Assembly (NCBI GenBank): GCA_963850905.1
Contig: CAWKMU010000003.1
Coordinates: 1,696,001 to 1,760,000 of the forward strand
DNA: 64,000 nt
Direction of reading: 5' to 3'
Origin: an uncultured Gemmatimonadales bacterium
GTDB lineage: Bacteria; Gemmatimonadota; Gemmatimonadetes; Gemmatimonadales; Gemmatimonadaceae
In this document: positions 10,705-20,713 of the stretch, in pieces
How positions within the stretch are numbered: the first letter of the stretch is position 1
Layout: each line of letters starts with the position of its first letter
The notes under the pieces: model-generated
The model's input: only the letters and a program-made list of their open reading frames with translations
The model's database searches: none
What the model was told of the DNA's origin: nothing
Program-made: the position numbers and the translations under genes

Positions 10705-11732
10705 CCCCCAAGACCAAGCGCGCGGGTTCGACACCGAGCGCGACTGGCGCGACCGTTGTGAGGATCGGAACGCGCGCGTCGCAACTGGCGCTGAAACAGG
10801 CGCGACTCGTTCAGGAAGCGCTCGCCCGGCAGGGGCTCACGGGTGAGCTCGTGACGTTTACCACAACGGGCGACAAGCACCTCGACGAACCGTTGAACGC
10901 GATTGGTGCCAAGGGGTTGTTCACTCAGGAGCTGGAACGCGCGCTCGAGCGTGGCAAGATCGACTGCGCAGTCCATTCGCTGAAGGATCTGCCAACGGAT
11001 CTCGCGTCGGGTCTCGACATCGCTGCCGTGTTGCCGCGGGCGGATCCGCGCGACGTGCTCGTGCTGAGCAGCAGTGCCCGCGCGGTGGGCCTCGCCGACC
11101 TGCCGCGCGGATCTCGTGTCGGCACATCGAGTCTGCGACGCCGTGCACAGTTGTTGGCCACGCATCCCGACCTGGAGGTCGTCGAACTCCGGGGGAACGT
11201 GCCGACCCGACTCCGGAAGGTCGACGAGGGGCAAGTGCACGCAGCGATCCTCGCAGCCGCAGGACTGCTGCGGCTCGAGGCCACGCAGCACATCGCGGCC
11301 TACCTCGAGCCGCCGCAGTGGCTGCCCGCGGCAGGGCAGGGCGCGATCGCGGTCCAGGTCCGAATCGACGACTCGCGGACTCGTGAGAGCCTCGAGGCCC
11401 TCAACGACCTCCCGACGATGGCCGCAGTCCAGGCAGAGCGTGCGTTTCTCGCCGCGATGGATGGTGGATGTCAGGTCCCGGTTGGTGCACTGGTCATCGG
11501 CGCGGCCGGTGAGATTGGCGTGCATGCAGGGGGTGTCACGACTCCGGCAACCCTCCACGGTTTCATCGCCGACGTCGCGGGGCGTCGTGTAATCCGTGGG
11601 TCGCGTCGTCTGACTGACGATCCTTTTGCGTGCGGCCGGGCTCTCGCGGCCGAGTTGCGCGCACGGGGAGCCGAGGAGATCCTCGCTGGGCTCCGCAGTC
11701 TGCCACGCGTCGTGGCGCCGCAGCCGGAATAG
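10701..11732 (+). CDS. hemC: Hydroxymethylbilane synthase
   Basis: [38 protein letters not shown]. Confidence 0.97.
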   Translation: MTPKTKRAGSTPSATGATVVRIGTRASQLALKQARLVQEALARQGLTGELVTFTTTGDKHLDEPLNAIGAKGLFTQELERALERGKIDCAVHSLKDLPTDLASGLDIAAVLPRADPRDVLVLSSSARAVGLADLPRGSRVGTSSLRRRAQLLATHPDLEVVELRGNVPTRLRKVDEGQVHAAILAAAGLLRLEATQHIAAYLEPPQWLPAAGQGAIAVQVRIDDSRTRESLEALNDLPTMAAVQAERAFLAAMDGGCQVPVGALVIGAAGEIGVHAGGVTTPATLHGFIADVAGRRVIRGSRRLTDDPFACGRALAAELRARGAEEILAGLRSLPRVVAPQPE

Positions 11733-11740
11733 ATTTCGGC

Positions 11741-12730
11741 ATGCCTTCCTTCCCGTCGACACGGCCACGGCGTTTGCGTCGGACCCCTGCGCTGCGGCGC
11801 CTGGTGCGGGAGCACCATTTGGACGCCGCCCAGCTGGTCCTCCCGGTGTTTGTCCGCTCGGGTGCGGAGCGCCGCCAGCCGGTGCCGTCGATGCCTGGTG
11901 TCGCGCAAACATCGATCGACGAGATGCTGCGCGACGCCAGCGCGGCGGTGGAGGCGGGGGTTGGCGGGATCATGCTGTTCGGGCTTCCGGACCGAAAGGA
12001 CTCGATCGGATCAGAGGCGTGGGACGACCAGGGTGCGGTGCAACAAGGCCTGCGCGCGCTGAAGCGAGAGTTCCCGGAGCTCGTGACGATTGCGGATGTC
12101 TGCCTCTGTGAATACACCGACCATGGGCATTGTGGCGTGCTCAACGCGCATGACAGCGTGGACAACGACGCGACGTTGGAATTGCTCGCGCAGGTGGCAG
12201 TGTCCTACGCGCGCGCGGGTGTCGACGTCGTCGCGCCGAGCGACATGATGGATGGCCGCGTGCTGGCGATTCGCGACGCGCTCGATGCTGCCGGCTTTGC
12301 CGAAACGCCGATTCTCAGCTACGCCGCCAAGTACGCGTCCGCGTTCTACGGGCCCTTCCGCGAAGCTGCGGAATCGGCACCTCGGCAAGGCGACCGACGT
12401 GGCTATCAGATGGATCCGGCGAACGCTGACGAAGCAATCCGTGAGGTCAACCTCGACATCGAAGAGGGAGCGGACGCGATCCTCGTCAAACCGGCTGGGC
12501 CGTATCTCGATATCGTGCGGCGCGTGAAGACGGAGACGGGCTACCCCGTTGCCGCCTACCAGGTGAGCGGAGAGTACGCCATGATCTGCGCAGCTGCCGA
12601 GCGGGGCTGGATCGACCGCGAGCGGGTCGTGATGGAGTCACTGCTGGGGATCCGCCGGGCCGGGGCGGATTTCATTGTCACGTATTTCGCGACTGAGGCG
12701 GCCCGGGCGCTGGCGCGCCCGAGAGAGTAG
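11741..12730 (+). CDS. hemB: Porphobilinogen synthase
   Basis: [35 protein letters not shown]. Confidence 0.97.
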   Translation: MPSFPSTRPRRLRRTPALRRLVREHHLDAAQLVLPVFVRSGAERRQPVPSMPGVAQTSIDEMLRDASAAVEAGVGGIMLFGLPDRKDSIGSEAWDDQGAVQQGLRALKREFPELVTIADVCLCEYTDHGHCGVLNAHDSVDNDATLELLAQVAVSYARAGVDVVAPSDMMDGRVLAIRDALDAAGFAETPILSYAAKYASAFYGPFREAAESAPRQGDRRGYQMDPANADEAIREVNLDIEEGADAILVKPAGPYLDIVRRVKTETGYPVAAYQVSGEYAMICAAAERGWIDRERVVMESLLGIRRAGADFIVTYFATEAARALARPRE

Positions 12731-12827
12731 AACCACAGTAAGTAGAGAGTAGACGACTGCAAAAGACCGGTGTCGTGGTCTACTTTCTACTTTCTGAGCT
12801 TCTACTTTCTCGGGCGCGAGGCGCCCG
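12704..12827. repeat. Complete ~124-bp palindromic element with terminal GC hairpins and AGTAGAA/TTCTACT heptamer arms
   Basis: 12704-12754 is a near reverse complement of 12778-12827; the element contains the hemB stop codon. Confidence 0.88.
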
Positions 12828-12848
12828 CGGCCCCAGACCCGCCGTTTC

Positions 12849-13955
12849 ATGCGCTACCGCACCTTTCCCAACACCACCGTCACCGCCAGTGAAATCGGCT
12901 TCGGCACCTGGACGCTCGCGACGGGGTGGTGGGGCGAGAAGAGCGACGCCGAGGCCGTCGCGATGTTGCGGGAGTCGCACGACAGCTTCGGAGTTACGTT
13001 CTTCGACGCGGCTGACGCGTACGGCAATGGTCGCGCGGAGCGCCAGCTGGCCGAAGCATTCCGCGGGCAACGTCACGCGATGGTCTACGCGACGAAGGTG
13101 GGGTACGACATTTACGACGAGGCCGCGCAACGTGCGCGTCGCGGTCAGGCTGAATTGCCGATGCGGACTGACCCGGCATACATCCGGCTTGCGGTCGAGC
13201 GTTGTCTCGAACGGCTGGAGACGGACTACATCGACGTCTTGCAGATCCATAACGCCAAAATGGAGCACGTCCGCGATCCGCTGGTTTGGGACACGCTCCG
13301 CGACCTCCAGCGGGAGGGCAAGATCCGCGTTTGGGGGGCGGCGTTCGGCCCGGCGATCGGGTGGCTCTACGAAGCGGTCGAGCTGTGTGAGCGGGAACCC
13401 GACGTCGGCGCAATCCAGATGATCTGGAACATTCTCGAGCAGCATCCCGGAACGGCCATGATCGCTGCAGCCCGGCAGCACGCGCCGCACTGCGCGTTCA
13501 CGATCCGGGTGACGCACGCGTCCGGAATGCTCGAAGGGAAGTACACCGAGGACACCGTCTTTCCCGCAAACGACCATCGGCGCCACCGGCCGCGGTCGTG
13601 GTTGGTCAATGGCGTCCAGAAGACGCGAACACTCGATTTCTTGACCGCGCGGATGACGCTTGGGCAAGCGGCTCTCAAGTGGCTGCTCGCCGACCCGCTC
13701 GTCGTCTCGACTCTGCCCAACATTTACGATAGCGACCAGTTGCGGGAGTTCGCAGAGGCGAGCGATCAACCAGATCTCGCGTCCGAACAGCTCGAGCGTG
13801 TCGCCGCGTTGGCAGCGCGCAACTTCGGGTTGGACGAGCCTCCGATGAGCTACAAGGGCACCATGGAGCGGATCGAGAGCGTGTCGGGCTACGGAGTCAA
13901 CTCGCCGTGGTCGGGCGGTTCGGCCGGCTCTGCCGAGGACCGAAGGAGTACGTAG
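12849..13955 (+). CDS. Aldo/keto reductase
   Basis: IGFGTW, FDAADAYGNG, ATKVG, LERLETDYIDVLQIH. Confidence 0.92.
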   Translation: MRYRTFPNTTVTASEIGFGTWTLATGWWGEKSDAEAVAMLRESHDSFGVTFFDAADAYGNGRAERQLAEAFRGQRHAMVYATKVGYDIYDEAAQRARRGQAELPMRTDPAYIRLAVERCLERLETDYIDVLQIHNAKMEHVRDPLVWDTLRDLQREGKIRVWGAAFGPAIGWLYEAVELCEREPDVGAIQMIWNILEQHPGTAMIAAARQHAPHCAFTIRVTHASGMLEGKYTEDTVFPANDHRRHRPRSWLVNGVQKTRTLDFLTARMTLGQAALKWLLADPLVVSTLPNIYDSDQLREFAEASDQPDLASEQLERVAALAARNFGLDEPPMSYKGTMERIESVSGYGVNSPWSGGSAGSAEDRRST

Positions 13956-14599
13956 TCGTAGAGCATGGCAGCCAGGATGCTGCCAATGATCGGTCCAATC
14001 CAGTAAACGGATTGCCCGACGTAGCTCGACGACACGAACGCGGGCCCGAAGGAACGCGCGGGGTTCATCGAGCCGCCAGTCAACGGACCGATGGCGAGGA
14101 TGTCCGCGGCGATCGTCAGCCCGATTGCAAAGCCGCCGACTTTTGGTGCCCGGGGGTCGACGGCAGTCCCGAATATGACAAACGTCAGGAAAAAGGTCGC
14201 GATGCCTTCGAGCACGAGCGCCTGTCCCCACGAGGTGCCGACTGCAATTTCCTGAATCGTCCCGTGGACCGCGGCGAACTGGTCGGCGGGCACGAGCATC
14301 TTCAGGGCAAATGCGGCCAACGTCGCTCCCAGCACCTGTGCGACGATGTACAAGCCCGCCATCATGGGCTCGATGCGGCGGACCGCGAGAAATCCGAGTG
14401 TCACGGCGGGGTTCAGATGACCCGAGATCCGCATCGTGGCGGTCACCATGAGGGCGAGAATCAGCCCATGGGCCACCGCGACTGCCAGGAGGCCCGCCGC
14501 GCCGGCGCCGCGCGTGGCAACGATGGCGCCCCCGCCCACGAAGACCAACGCAAAGGTACCGACGAATTCAGTACTAAAGTGGCGCTCGGGATCACGCAT
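13889..14599 (-). CDS. MIP/aquaporin family channel
   Basis: EFVGTF, SGHLNPAVT, GGSMNPARSFGP. Confidence 0.95.
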   Translation of the reverse strand: MRDPERHFSTEFVGTFALVFVGGGAIVATRGAGAAGLLAVAVAHGLILALMVTATMRISGHLNPAVTLGFLAVRRIEPMMAGLYIVAQVLGATLAAFALKMLVPADQFAAVHGTIQEIAVGTSWGQALVLEGIATFFLTFVIFGTAVDPRAPKVGGFAIGLTIAADILAIGPLTGGSMNPARSFGPAFVSSSYVGQSVYWIGPIIGSILAAMLYDYVLLRSSAEPAEPPDHGELTP

Positions 14600-14644
14600 T
14601 GGTTCCACTCCCCGGGGTAAGAGGCGGAGAGAAGGTATCTGACG

Positions 14645-14692
14645 ACAGGGATCGGGGGCCAGGGGGGCGGGGATTAGTGGTCGGGGATTGCG
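14645..14692. repeat. Degenerate G-rich heptamer tract (CGGGGAT-like)
   Basis: cagggat cgggggc ... cggggat tagtggt cggggat with 7-nt periodicity. Confidence 0.5.
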
Positions 14693-14708
14693 ACGACCTG
14701 TAACGACT

Positions 14709-14845
14709 GGGCGGGCTGAAGCCCGCCCCTACATGTCGGCGTGGACGGTGGTTTTCGGGGCGTCCGCGACGATCGATGAGCATGTCGACGAATTCGGAAC
14801 TAGCGCCGTGCGCAGCAACATGTAGGGGCGGCCTTCAGGCCGCCC
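14709..14845. repeat. Inverted pair of GTAG-type REP elements
   Basis: 14709-14736 (-) ACATGTAGGGGCGGGCTTCAGCCCGCCC and 14818-14845 (+) ACATGTAGGGGCGGCCTTCAGGCCGCCC. Confidence 0.85.
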
Positions 14846-14848
14846 ATG

Positions 14849-16093
14849 CTAGTCCGGTCGTTTCATCACCAGCACGGCATTCACGCCGCCGAACCCGAAC
14901 GAATTCGACAGCGCCACATTGACCCGTTGGGTCCGGCCGCTGCTCGGCACGTAGTCGAGGTCGCACTCGGGATCGGGCGAGGCGAGGTTCAGGGTTGGCG
15001 GGAGCCACTCGTGCTCGAAGCTCAAAGCGCAGATCGCCGCTTCGATGGCGCCCGATGCCCCGAGTGAATGGCCATAGTAGCCCTTCGTCCCGCTGACGGG
15101 CATCCGATAGGCGTGGTCGCCGAAGACCTGCTTGATCGCAAGCGTTTCGGTCGGGTCGTTGAGCGGCGTGGAGCTCCCATGCGCATTGATGTACCCGATT
15201 TCGTGTGGCTCGACGTGCGCATCTCGGAGCGCGATGCGCATCGCTCGTGCCGCCTGACTCCCATCGGGTCGTGGCGCGGTCATATGAAACGCGTCGTTCG
15301 TCGAGCCATAGCCAAGCATCTCGGCATAGATGTGCGCGCCGCGCGCACGCGCGCGTTCCAACTCCTCGAGCACCAGGACGGCGGCACCCTCACCCATGAC
15401 AAACCCGTCGCGATCTTTGTCGAAGGGCCGAGACGCGTGTGCCGGATCGTCGTTGCGCACGGACATTGCCCGAATGATCGTGAACGCGCCGTAGCACAGC
15501 GGTGCCAGCGGCGCTTCTGCCCCGCCGCAGAACATCACGTCTGCCTCGCCCTCGCGGATACATCGAAATCCGTCGCCAATCGCGATCGACCCCGAGGCGC
15601 AGCTCATGCCGTTGGTCGAGTTGCGCCCCGTCACACCAAGGTCGATCGCGATATTGCAACTCGAGGCGCCACCAAAGACCGAGAGCGCCAGGCCTGCATC
15701 GACCGCGGGCAAACCCTGCCCCAAGTATCGCCCGAGCTGCTCCTCGGCATAACCGATTCCAGCCAGTGCACTGCCCATCATCGTCCCGATCCGATCGCGG
15801 TCCTCCCGGGCCAGATCCAGATCCGCATCGGCTACTGCCATCCGCGCCGCCACCACGGAGAATGCAGCGTAGCGATTCATGCGCTTCAGGCGCTTCGATT
15901 CGAGGTGGTCGGCGGCCACAAAATCCCGCACCTCGGCTCCTACCTGGCTTCGGAAGGGTGATGGATCGAAGAGCGTCACGAGATCAACCGCGGATCGCTC
16001 CCGCTGCAGCCCGCACCACAGCCCGTCGGCGGTCAGCCCGATCGGCGTGATCGCCCCGATCCCTGTCACTGCGACCCTGCGAGGTTCAGTCAT
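14849..16093 (-). CDS. Beta-ketoacyl-ACP synthase (FabF / type II KS-like)
   Basis: Cys-His-His triad in MSCASG, NAHGSST and GHSLGASG; also SNSFGFGG. Confidence 0.93.
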   Translation of the reverse strand: MTEPRRVAVTGIGAITPIGLTADGLWCGLQRERSAVDLVTLFDPSPFRSQVGAEVRDFVAADHLESKRLKRMNRYAAFSVVAARMAVADADLDLAREDRDRIGTMMGSALAGIGYAEEQLGRYLGQGLPAVDAGLALSVFGGASSCNIAIDLGVTGRNSTNGMSCASGSIAIGDGFRCIREGEADVMFCGGAEAPLAPLCYGAFTIIRAMSVRNDDPAHASRPFDKDRDGFVMGEGAAVLVLEELERARARGAHIYAEMLGYGSTNDAFHMTAPRPDGSQAARAMRIALRDAHVEPHEIGYINAHGSSTPLNDPTETLAIKQVFGDHAYRMPVSGTKGYYGHSLGASGAIEAAICALSFEHEWLPPTLNLASPDPECDLDYVPSSGRTQRVNVALSNSFGFGGVNAVLVMKRPD

Positions 16094-16114
16094 CGGCGTG
16101 CTCGTACCTGTGGT

Positions 16115-16705
16115 TCAACGTGAGCTCACGGCGGTCCCGTCTTGATGTGCCCGGCTTTCATCGCGGACGCGCTGTTCGGCAACGGTTGCCAATCCACGGA
16201 GTGTGCGCGCGGCGATCGCGTGAATGAACACTGGCCCGATGACGCCGCTTGCCACTGTGGGACCTACGAGTGGCCACGGAGGGCCTTCCCACTCGTGCAC
16301 AATACGCACGAACGTCGCCAGGGGCGTCGTCGACGGGGTGAAACGCTCTGACCATGGGGTGAACGACCATTCGACGTCCATGCCGCGAGTGATGCCGGCG
16401 ACGTGGCGAAATCGAATACTCGGATTCCCGCGCGGGGGCCGAAGGACTTGCATCTCCGCCATCCACCAAACGGGCCAGGGGAATGGGCCGAAGGGCCGCT
16501 GCGCTGCCATGGTGACGAGTCCGCCACCATCCGACCGGCGCTCGCGCATCTGGACGGCACGATAGTGCGGCAGGTGGGTGGGCCACGTCTCGACAGCTCG
16601 GGCGAGCTCGAACATTCCGTCCACGGGCGCGTGCACGATGCGCTCGTCGATCGTACGCACGCGTCGGCCGGTTGGCATTGGCCCAAGCGCGAACGGCTCG
16701 GTCAT
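16115..16705 (-). CDS. SRPBCC / polyketide cyclase-dehydrase family protein
   Basis: IVHAPVDGMFELARAVETWPTHLPHY and GMDVEWSF, typical of the START/SRPBCC fold. Confidence 0.82.
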   Translation of the reverse strand: MTEPFALGPMPTGRRVRTIDERIVHAPVDGMFELARAVETWPTHLPHYRAVQMRERRSDGGGLVTMAAQRPFGPFPWPVWWMAEMQVLRPPRGNPSIRFRHVAGITRGMDVEWSFTPWSERFTPSTTPLATFVRIVHEWEGPPWPLVGPTVASGVIGPVFIHAIAARTLRGLATVAEQRVRDESRAHQDGTAVSSR

Positions 16706-17424
16706 TGCGACCTCGGCAGGCTGGCGGCGAGGGGCGTCCAGGACGCCGTGACACGATAGCCCAATCGATAGTGCACGGCCGGTCGCTGGCCGACGGTCGA
16801 TTCGACGAGGCCACGTAGTTCGTCCGCGCGGAATCCCCGCATCACCGAGACGACGCCGTCGTGCCGACTCACGGGGTGGAACGCGAGCACGAACGAGGCG
16901 ACCCAGATGCCGGCGGCCGCGATGCGGCTACGGTGCAGGTCGCTGACGATGACGCGTCGCCGAGCCACTCGGTCCAGCTCCGCCAGGAGTTGCTGCGCTT
17001 CGGCGTCGAAGAAGTGGTGCAGCACCTGCGAGCAAATCACGACGTCGATGCTACGGTCAGGGAACGGCAAATGACGCGCGTCGCCGCACACGGCGAGCGC
17101 GTTGCGACGCCGGCTGGCATTGGCGAGCTCGCGGCTCGTTTCGAGCCCGATCGTTTCCAGCGTTACCCCGTGGCGCCCGGCCGCTTCGCGCGCACGTGCC
17201 GGAATGTCACCTGTGCCGGTTCCGACGTCGAGCAGCGTCGCGCGCCGAGGCAGTGTCGCCCACAGGGGGGACAGCTCGACTAGGACGGCCCGCGTGCCGC
17301 CAAACACTGTGTTCGCGATCGAGACATCCCGCAATGATCGGTGCGCGAGCTCGGGGTCATCCCCCGGGGCGTCCAGGATCTCGGCGCCACGGCGCCGCGG
17401 CGGCACCAGGAGCGAGGCTCTCAT
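16702..17424 (-). CDS. Class I SAM-dependent methyltransferase
   Basis: EILD...N..FGG, LLDVGTGTGD, CSQVLHHF, HDGVVSV. Confidence 0.9.
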   Translation of the reverse strand: MRASLLVPPRRRGAEILDAPGDDPELAHRSLRDVSIANTVFGGTRAVLVELSPLWATLPRRATLLDVGTGTGDIPARAREAAGRHGVTLETIGLETSRELANASRRRNALAVCGDARHLPFPDRSIDVVICSQVLHHFFDAEAQQLLAELDRVARRRVIVSDLHRSRIAAAGIWVASFVLAFHPVSRHDGVVSVMRGFRADELRGLVESTVGQRPAVHYRLGYRVTASWTPLAASLPRSQ

Positions 17425-17430
17425 CTCCGG

Positions 17431-17907
17431 TCAACGCTCCAGCTGTGCATACCCACCGCGATAGTAGAGCAGCGGCGAGCCCGAAAATGCACGTGCGGCT
17501 TCGACCTCGCCGATGAAGATCGTGTGATCACCGCCCTCCACGGCGTGGAGCTTACGACACTCCACGACGGCGAGCACGTCATCGATCACGGCTACGCCCG
17601 TCTGCCCACGCACGTATCCCACGCCCTCGAAGCGCTCACCGTCGAGTGTCGAGAATCGGCGAGCGAGCGGCTCCTGGTCCGCCGCGAGAATGTTCACGGC
17701 GAAATAGCGAGCAGCCAGCAACACGGGATGCAGCGACGCAGTGTGGTCGATGCACACCGCGACGAGCGCGGGCTCGAGGCTGAGCGATGCAAACGCGCTC
17801 ACGGTCAAGCCGACATCCCGGCCTCCGGTCTCGAGGGCGGTGACGACCGTCACACCGCTCGCAAAGCGACCCAGCACGCTGCGAAAAGTGTCGGGGTCGA
17901 CACTCAT
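17431..17907 (-). CDS. Flavin reductase family protein
   Basis: FRSVLGRFASGVTVVT, SLSLEP, GGDHTIFIGEV; ATGA overlap at 17904-17907. Confidence 0.93.
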   Translation of the reverse strand: MSVDPDTFRSVLGRFASGVTVVTALETGGRDVGLTVSAFASLSLEPALVAVCIDHTASLHPVLLAARYFAVNILAADQEPLARRFSTLDGERFEGVGYVRGQTGVAVIDDVLAVVECRKLHAVEGGDHTIFIGEVEAARAFSGSPLLYYRGGYAQLER

Positions 17908-19184
17908 AACGTGCCCGTCGGGCGCAGCGCGGGCAACAACAGCCGCATCACGAAACGGGCACGGAGGAGTTCCTTTGGCGGAACGAAGTCGCCGGTGACT
18001 CCGACCAGCAGGTCGGCCATCTCCGGATGGCGAGCGAGTGCGCGCGCCGCTCGCTCGAGCACGAAGGGGGATGCAACCGCGGCAGCGATGATGCGCTCGA
18101 TGATCCACTTGCCGCGAAACTCTTCTCGGCGACACCGATCATACGCGGCCAATGCCGCGTCCATCTCGCGAGGCGTGCGAGCCCTCGCTGCCGCGATCAC
18201 ATAGGGGGCCAGCAGCTCGGACCCTCTCAGCGCGGCGTAAATCCCTTCGCCCGTGAACGGATCGTAGAAGTCGGCAGCGTCGCCGACGAGTGCTGCACCG
18301 CGGGCCCACGCGTGCGGAGCATGGTACGCAAACGGTCCGGTCGCGCGCACCGGGGACGTGCGGTGTGCATGGCGCATCCGTGTGGCCAGGTGTGGTCGTC
18401 GTTCGATCCAGGACTCGAGAAACCCCACGCGATCGGCACCCGCACCCCTCGCGCGCCGCGCGGGCACGACGAGGGCAACGTTGGTCTCACCATTGCCGAC
18501 GTCGGCCAGTCCGAGATATCCATCATGCTCGACGTGCATTTCGCCCACACTGCCCATCTCCGCCACGCCCTCGAAATGCGTGACGAACGCAACTCGCCTG
18601 GGCCAGCGGGCCGCGCGCGCCAGGTGCAGGCGCCGAGCGACGACCGAGTGCAATCCATCGGCGCCGACGACGATGCGGGCCCCAATGGTGGTGGTCGACG
18701 GCCGCTCGCCGTTGCGCGCCGAACGCCGCGTTTGCACGCCAACGACTCGGCCGTGGGCATCCGATACGAGGTCGGTGACGCTCGCTTCCTCGATCACCCG
18801 CGCGCCCGCCGCCTCCGCCTGGCGCAGCAGTACCGTGTCGAAAATGGGCCGGCGGAGCGCCAGGCCCTTGTCCCTGAATCCCCTGAAACCGTGGCCCGCG
18901 GCGAAATCGCCGCGAAAGGAGACGCCGCTGGGTGCGCGCACGATCATGCCGCCCAGCTGCGCCGCGCCGCTTGCCTCCAGCTCGCGCAGGACCCCGAGCT
19001 CCGCGAGGATGCGCGATGCCTCGGGGCTCACATACTCGGCGCAAGGCTTATCCCTCGGAAACCGCGCCCGTTCGAGCACCATGACGTCGAGTCCCGCCCG
19101 AGCCAACATCCAGGCCGTGCTCGCTCCTGCTGGGCCGCCACCCACCACGACGACCTCGGCAGGCCCACGGTCGGACGTGCTCAT
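17904..19184 (-). CDS. NAD(P)/FAD-dependent oxidoreductase (geranylgeranyl-reductase / flavin monooxygenase-like)
   Basis: VVGGGPAG, FPRDKPC, GADG, LVGDAADFYDPFTGEGI. Confidence 0.9.
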   Translation of the reverse strand: MSTSDRGPAEVVVVGGGPAGASTAWMLARAGLDVMVLERARFPRDKPCAEYVSPEASRILAELGVLRELEASGAAQLGGMIVRAPSGVSFRGDFAAGHGFRGFRDKGLALRRPIFDTVLLRQAEAAGARVIEEASVTDLVSDAHGRVVGVQTRRSARNGERPSTTTIGARIVVGADGLHSVVARRLHLARAARWPRRVAFVTHFEGVAEMGSVGEMHVEHDGYLGLADVGNGETNVALVVPARRARGAGADRVGFLESWIERRPHLATRMRHAHRTSPVRATGPFAYHAPHAWARGAALVGDAADFYDPFTGEGIYAALRGSELLAPYVIAAARARTPREMDAALAAYDRCRREEFRGKWIIERIIAAAVASPFVLERAARALARHPEMADLLVGVTGDFVPPKELLRARFVMRLLLPALRPTGTL

Positions 19185-20713
19185 CCGATGGCTCGACTCA
19201 ACCGCTGGAAGACACCCATATATCGCCAGTGTGGGCCCGGCAGCCGCAGCACGGACGCCACACGTGTGAGGCGTGGCAGCAGCCAAGACCGCGAGTCGGC
19301 AGAAAACATGAATCGTGGTTGCGTGGCCGCGAACGCGCGCAGCCGGGTCAGTGTCATCGTGAGATCGAGCTCTGGCGAGAAATAAAACGTGGGCGTGAGC
19401 AGAGAGTCATCGGGTTTGACCACGCCTTCCTCGATCGCAATGCGGTGGAGCGTGGTGCCGGGGTAGATCCTGAGTGCGACCGTCGCGTACACCGCGTCGC
19501 CTTCCGCCAATCGCTCGCCAGCGAATCCGAGTGTCTCCTGCAACGTGGCTGCGGTCTCGCCGGGGCCGCCGATGAGGAGGATCCAGAGCGCACGGAGGCC
19601 GGCCCGCTTGACCCGGCGCGCGACTTCTCGCACGCGCGCTGCATCGAACCCCTTCTCGAGCCGCGACAACACGGGGTCACTGGCGCTCTCGGCCGTGATG
19701 CCCAGCCCCGAAAAGCCCGCGGTCCGCATCGCAGCGAGCAGCTGGTCGGATGCGGCGGCAGGCGTGAAGTTCATCGTCTCCAAGTGAAATCTCGTGCGCT
19801 CGCGCGTGATGGCCTCGCACACCGCCATCGCATGTCCCGGAGGCGAGTTGAATGTCGAATCGACAAAGTCCACTCGGCGGACGCCGGTCGTCCTGGCGAG
19901 CTCGACCATTTCATCCACGACCGCCGCCGGGTCGCGCAGTCGGTATCCCCACCCCTCGACGTTTCGATACGTGCAGTAGACGCACTTATAGACACAGCCC
20001 CGCTTGGTCTGGATAGGGACAACGGCTCCGTTTCGTTCATACCGCCGGACATCAAGCCACCGATCGAGGCGCGGACGGGGCAGCGCATCCAAATCGGCGT
20101 CTTCGCCGGGGGGCGTGAAGACGATGCGGTTGTCCACTCGTTGGACCACGCCCGGGATCGAACCGATGGGACGTCCGCTGGCCAGGGCGCCGATCAGAGC
20201 AACGCTCGCGCGTTCGCCGTCGCCCGCGACCGCGTAGTCCACGCCCAACTCCCGGAACAGCCCGTCCGGGGCGACGCCAAAGGCCGCACCACCGGCGATC
20301 GTCGCAGCGTGCGGTGCTTCCTCGCGGAGCGCCGCCACGATCTCGAGCGCTTCGGGCGTATAGTGTCGGAGCGCGACCCGGTCGCTGTTGTCAATGTTCC
20401 GAACCGATATGGCCACGACATCCGGACGGACCCGCCGCGCGGCAGCGCGGGCGGCGCGGATTGGGTCGCGGGCGAAGCACAAATCGAGGACCTGCACGTC
20501 GTGGCGCGCGGCGTCCAGCGCCGAGGCAACGCACGCTAACCCGTTGGGAATAACGGGCTGCGGAGATCGTTCCCGGTTCGTGCTGACGAGAAGGACGCGC
20601 GGCGATCCGCCCCAGCGAGCGGCCCGTCCTCCAGAAGCTGTCGCCTCCGGCCAACCTGGATCGGAGGCGTTCGGGGAGCGGCTCTTCCCGAGGTCAGCGG
20701 CGCCGGTCGTCAT
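19181..20713 (-). CDS. B12-binding radical SAM protein
   Basis: N-terminal cobalamin-binding domain (VLLVSTN...PNGLACVASAL...ISVRNIDN); QTKRGCVYKCVYC; FVDSTFN; GGPGET. Confidence 0.92.
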   Translation of the reverse strand: MTTGAADLGKSRSPNASDPGWPEATASGGRAARWGGSPRVLLVSTNRERSPQPVIPNGLACVASALDAARHDVQVLDLCFARDPIRAARAAARRVRPDVVAISVRNIDNSDRVALRHYTPEALEIVAALREEAPHAATIAGGAAFGVAPDGLFRELGVDYAVAGDGERASVALIGALASGRPIGSIPGVVQRVDNRIVFTPPGEDADLDALPRPRLDRWLDVRRYERNGAVVPIQTKRGCVYKCVYCTYRNVEGWGYRLRDPAAVVDEMVELARTTGVRRVDFVDSTFNSPPGHAMAVCEAITRERTRFHLETMNFTPAAASDQLLAAMRTAGFSGLGITAESASDPVLSRLEKGFDAARVREVARRVKRAGLRALWILLIGGPGETAATLQETLGFAGERLAEGDAVYATVALRIYPGTTLHRIAIEEGVVKPDDSLLTPTFYFSPELDLTMTLTRLRAFAATQPRFMFSADSRSWLLPRLTRVASVLRLPGPHWRYMGVFQRLSRAIG

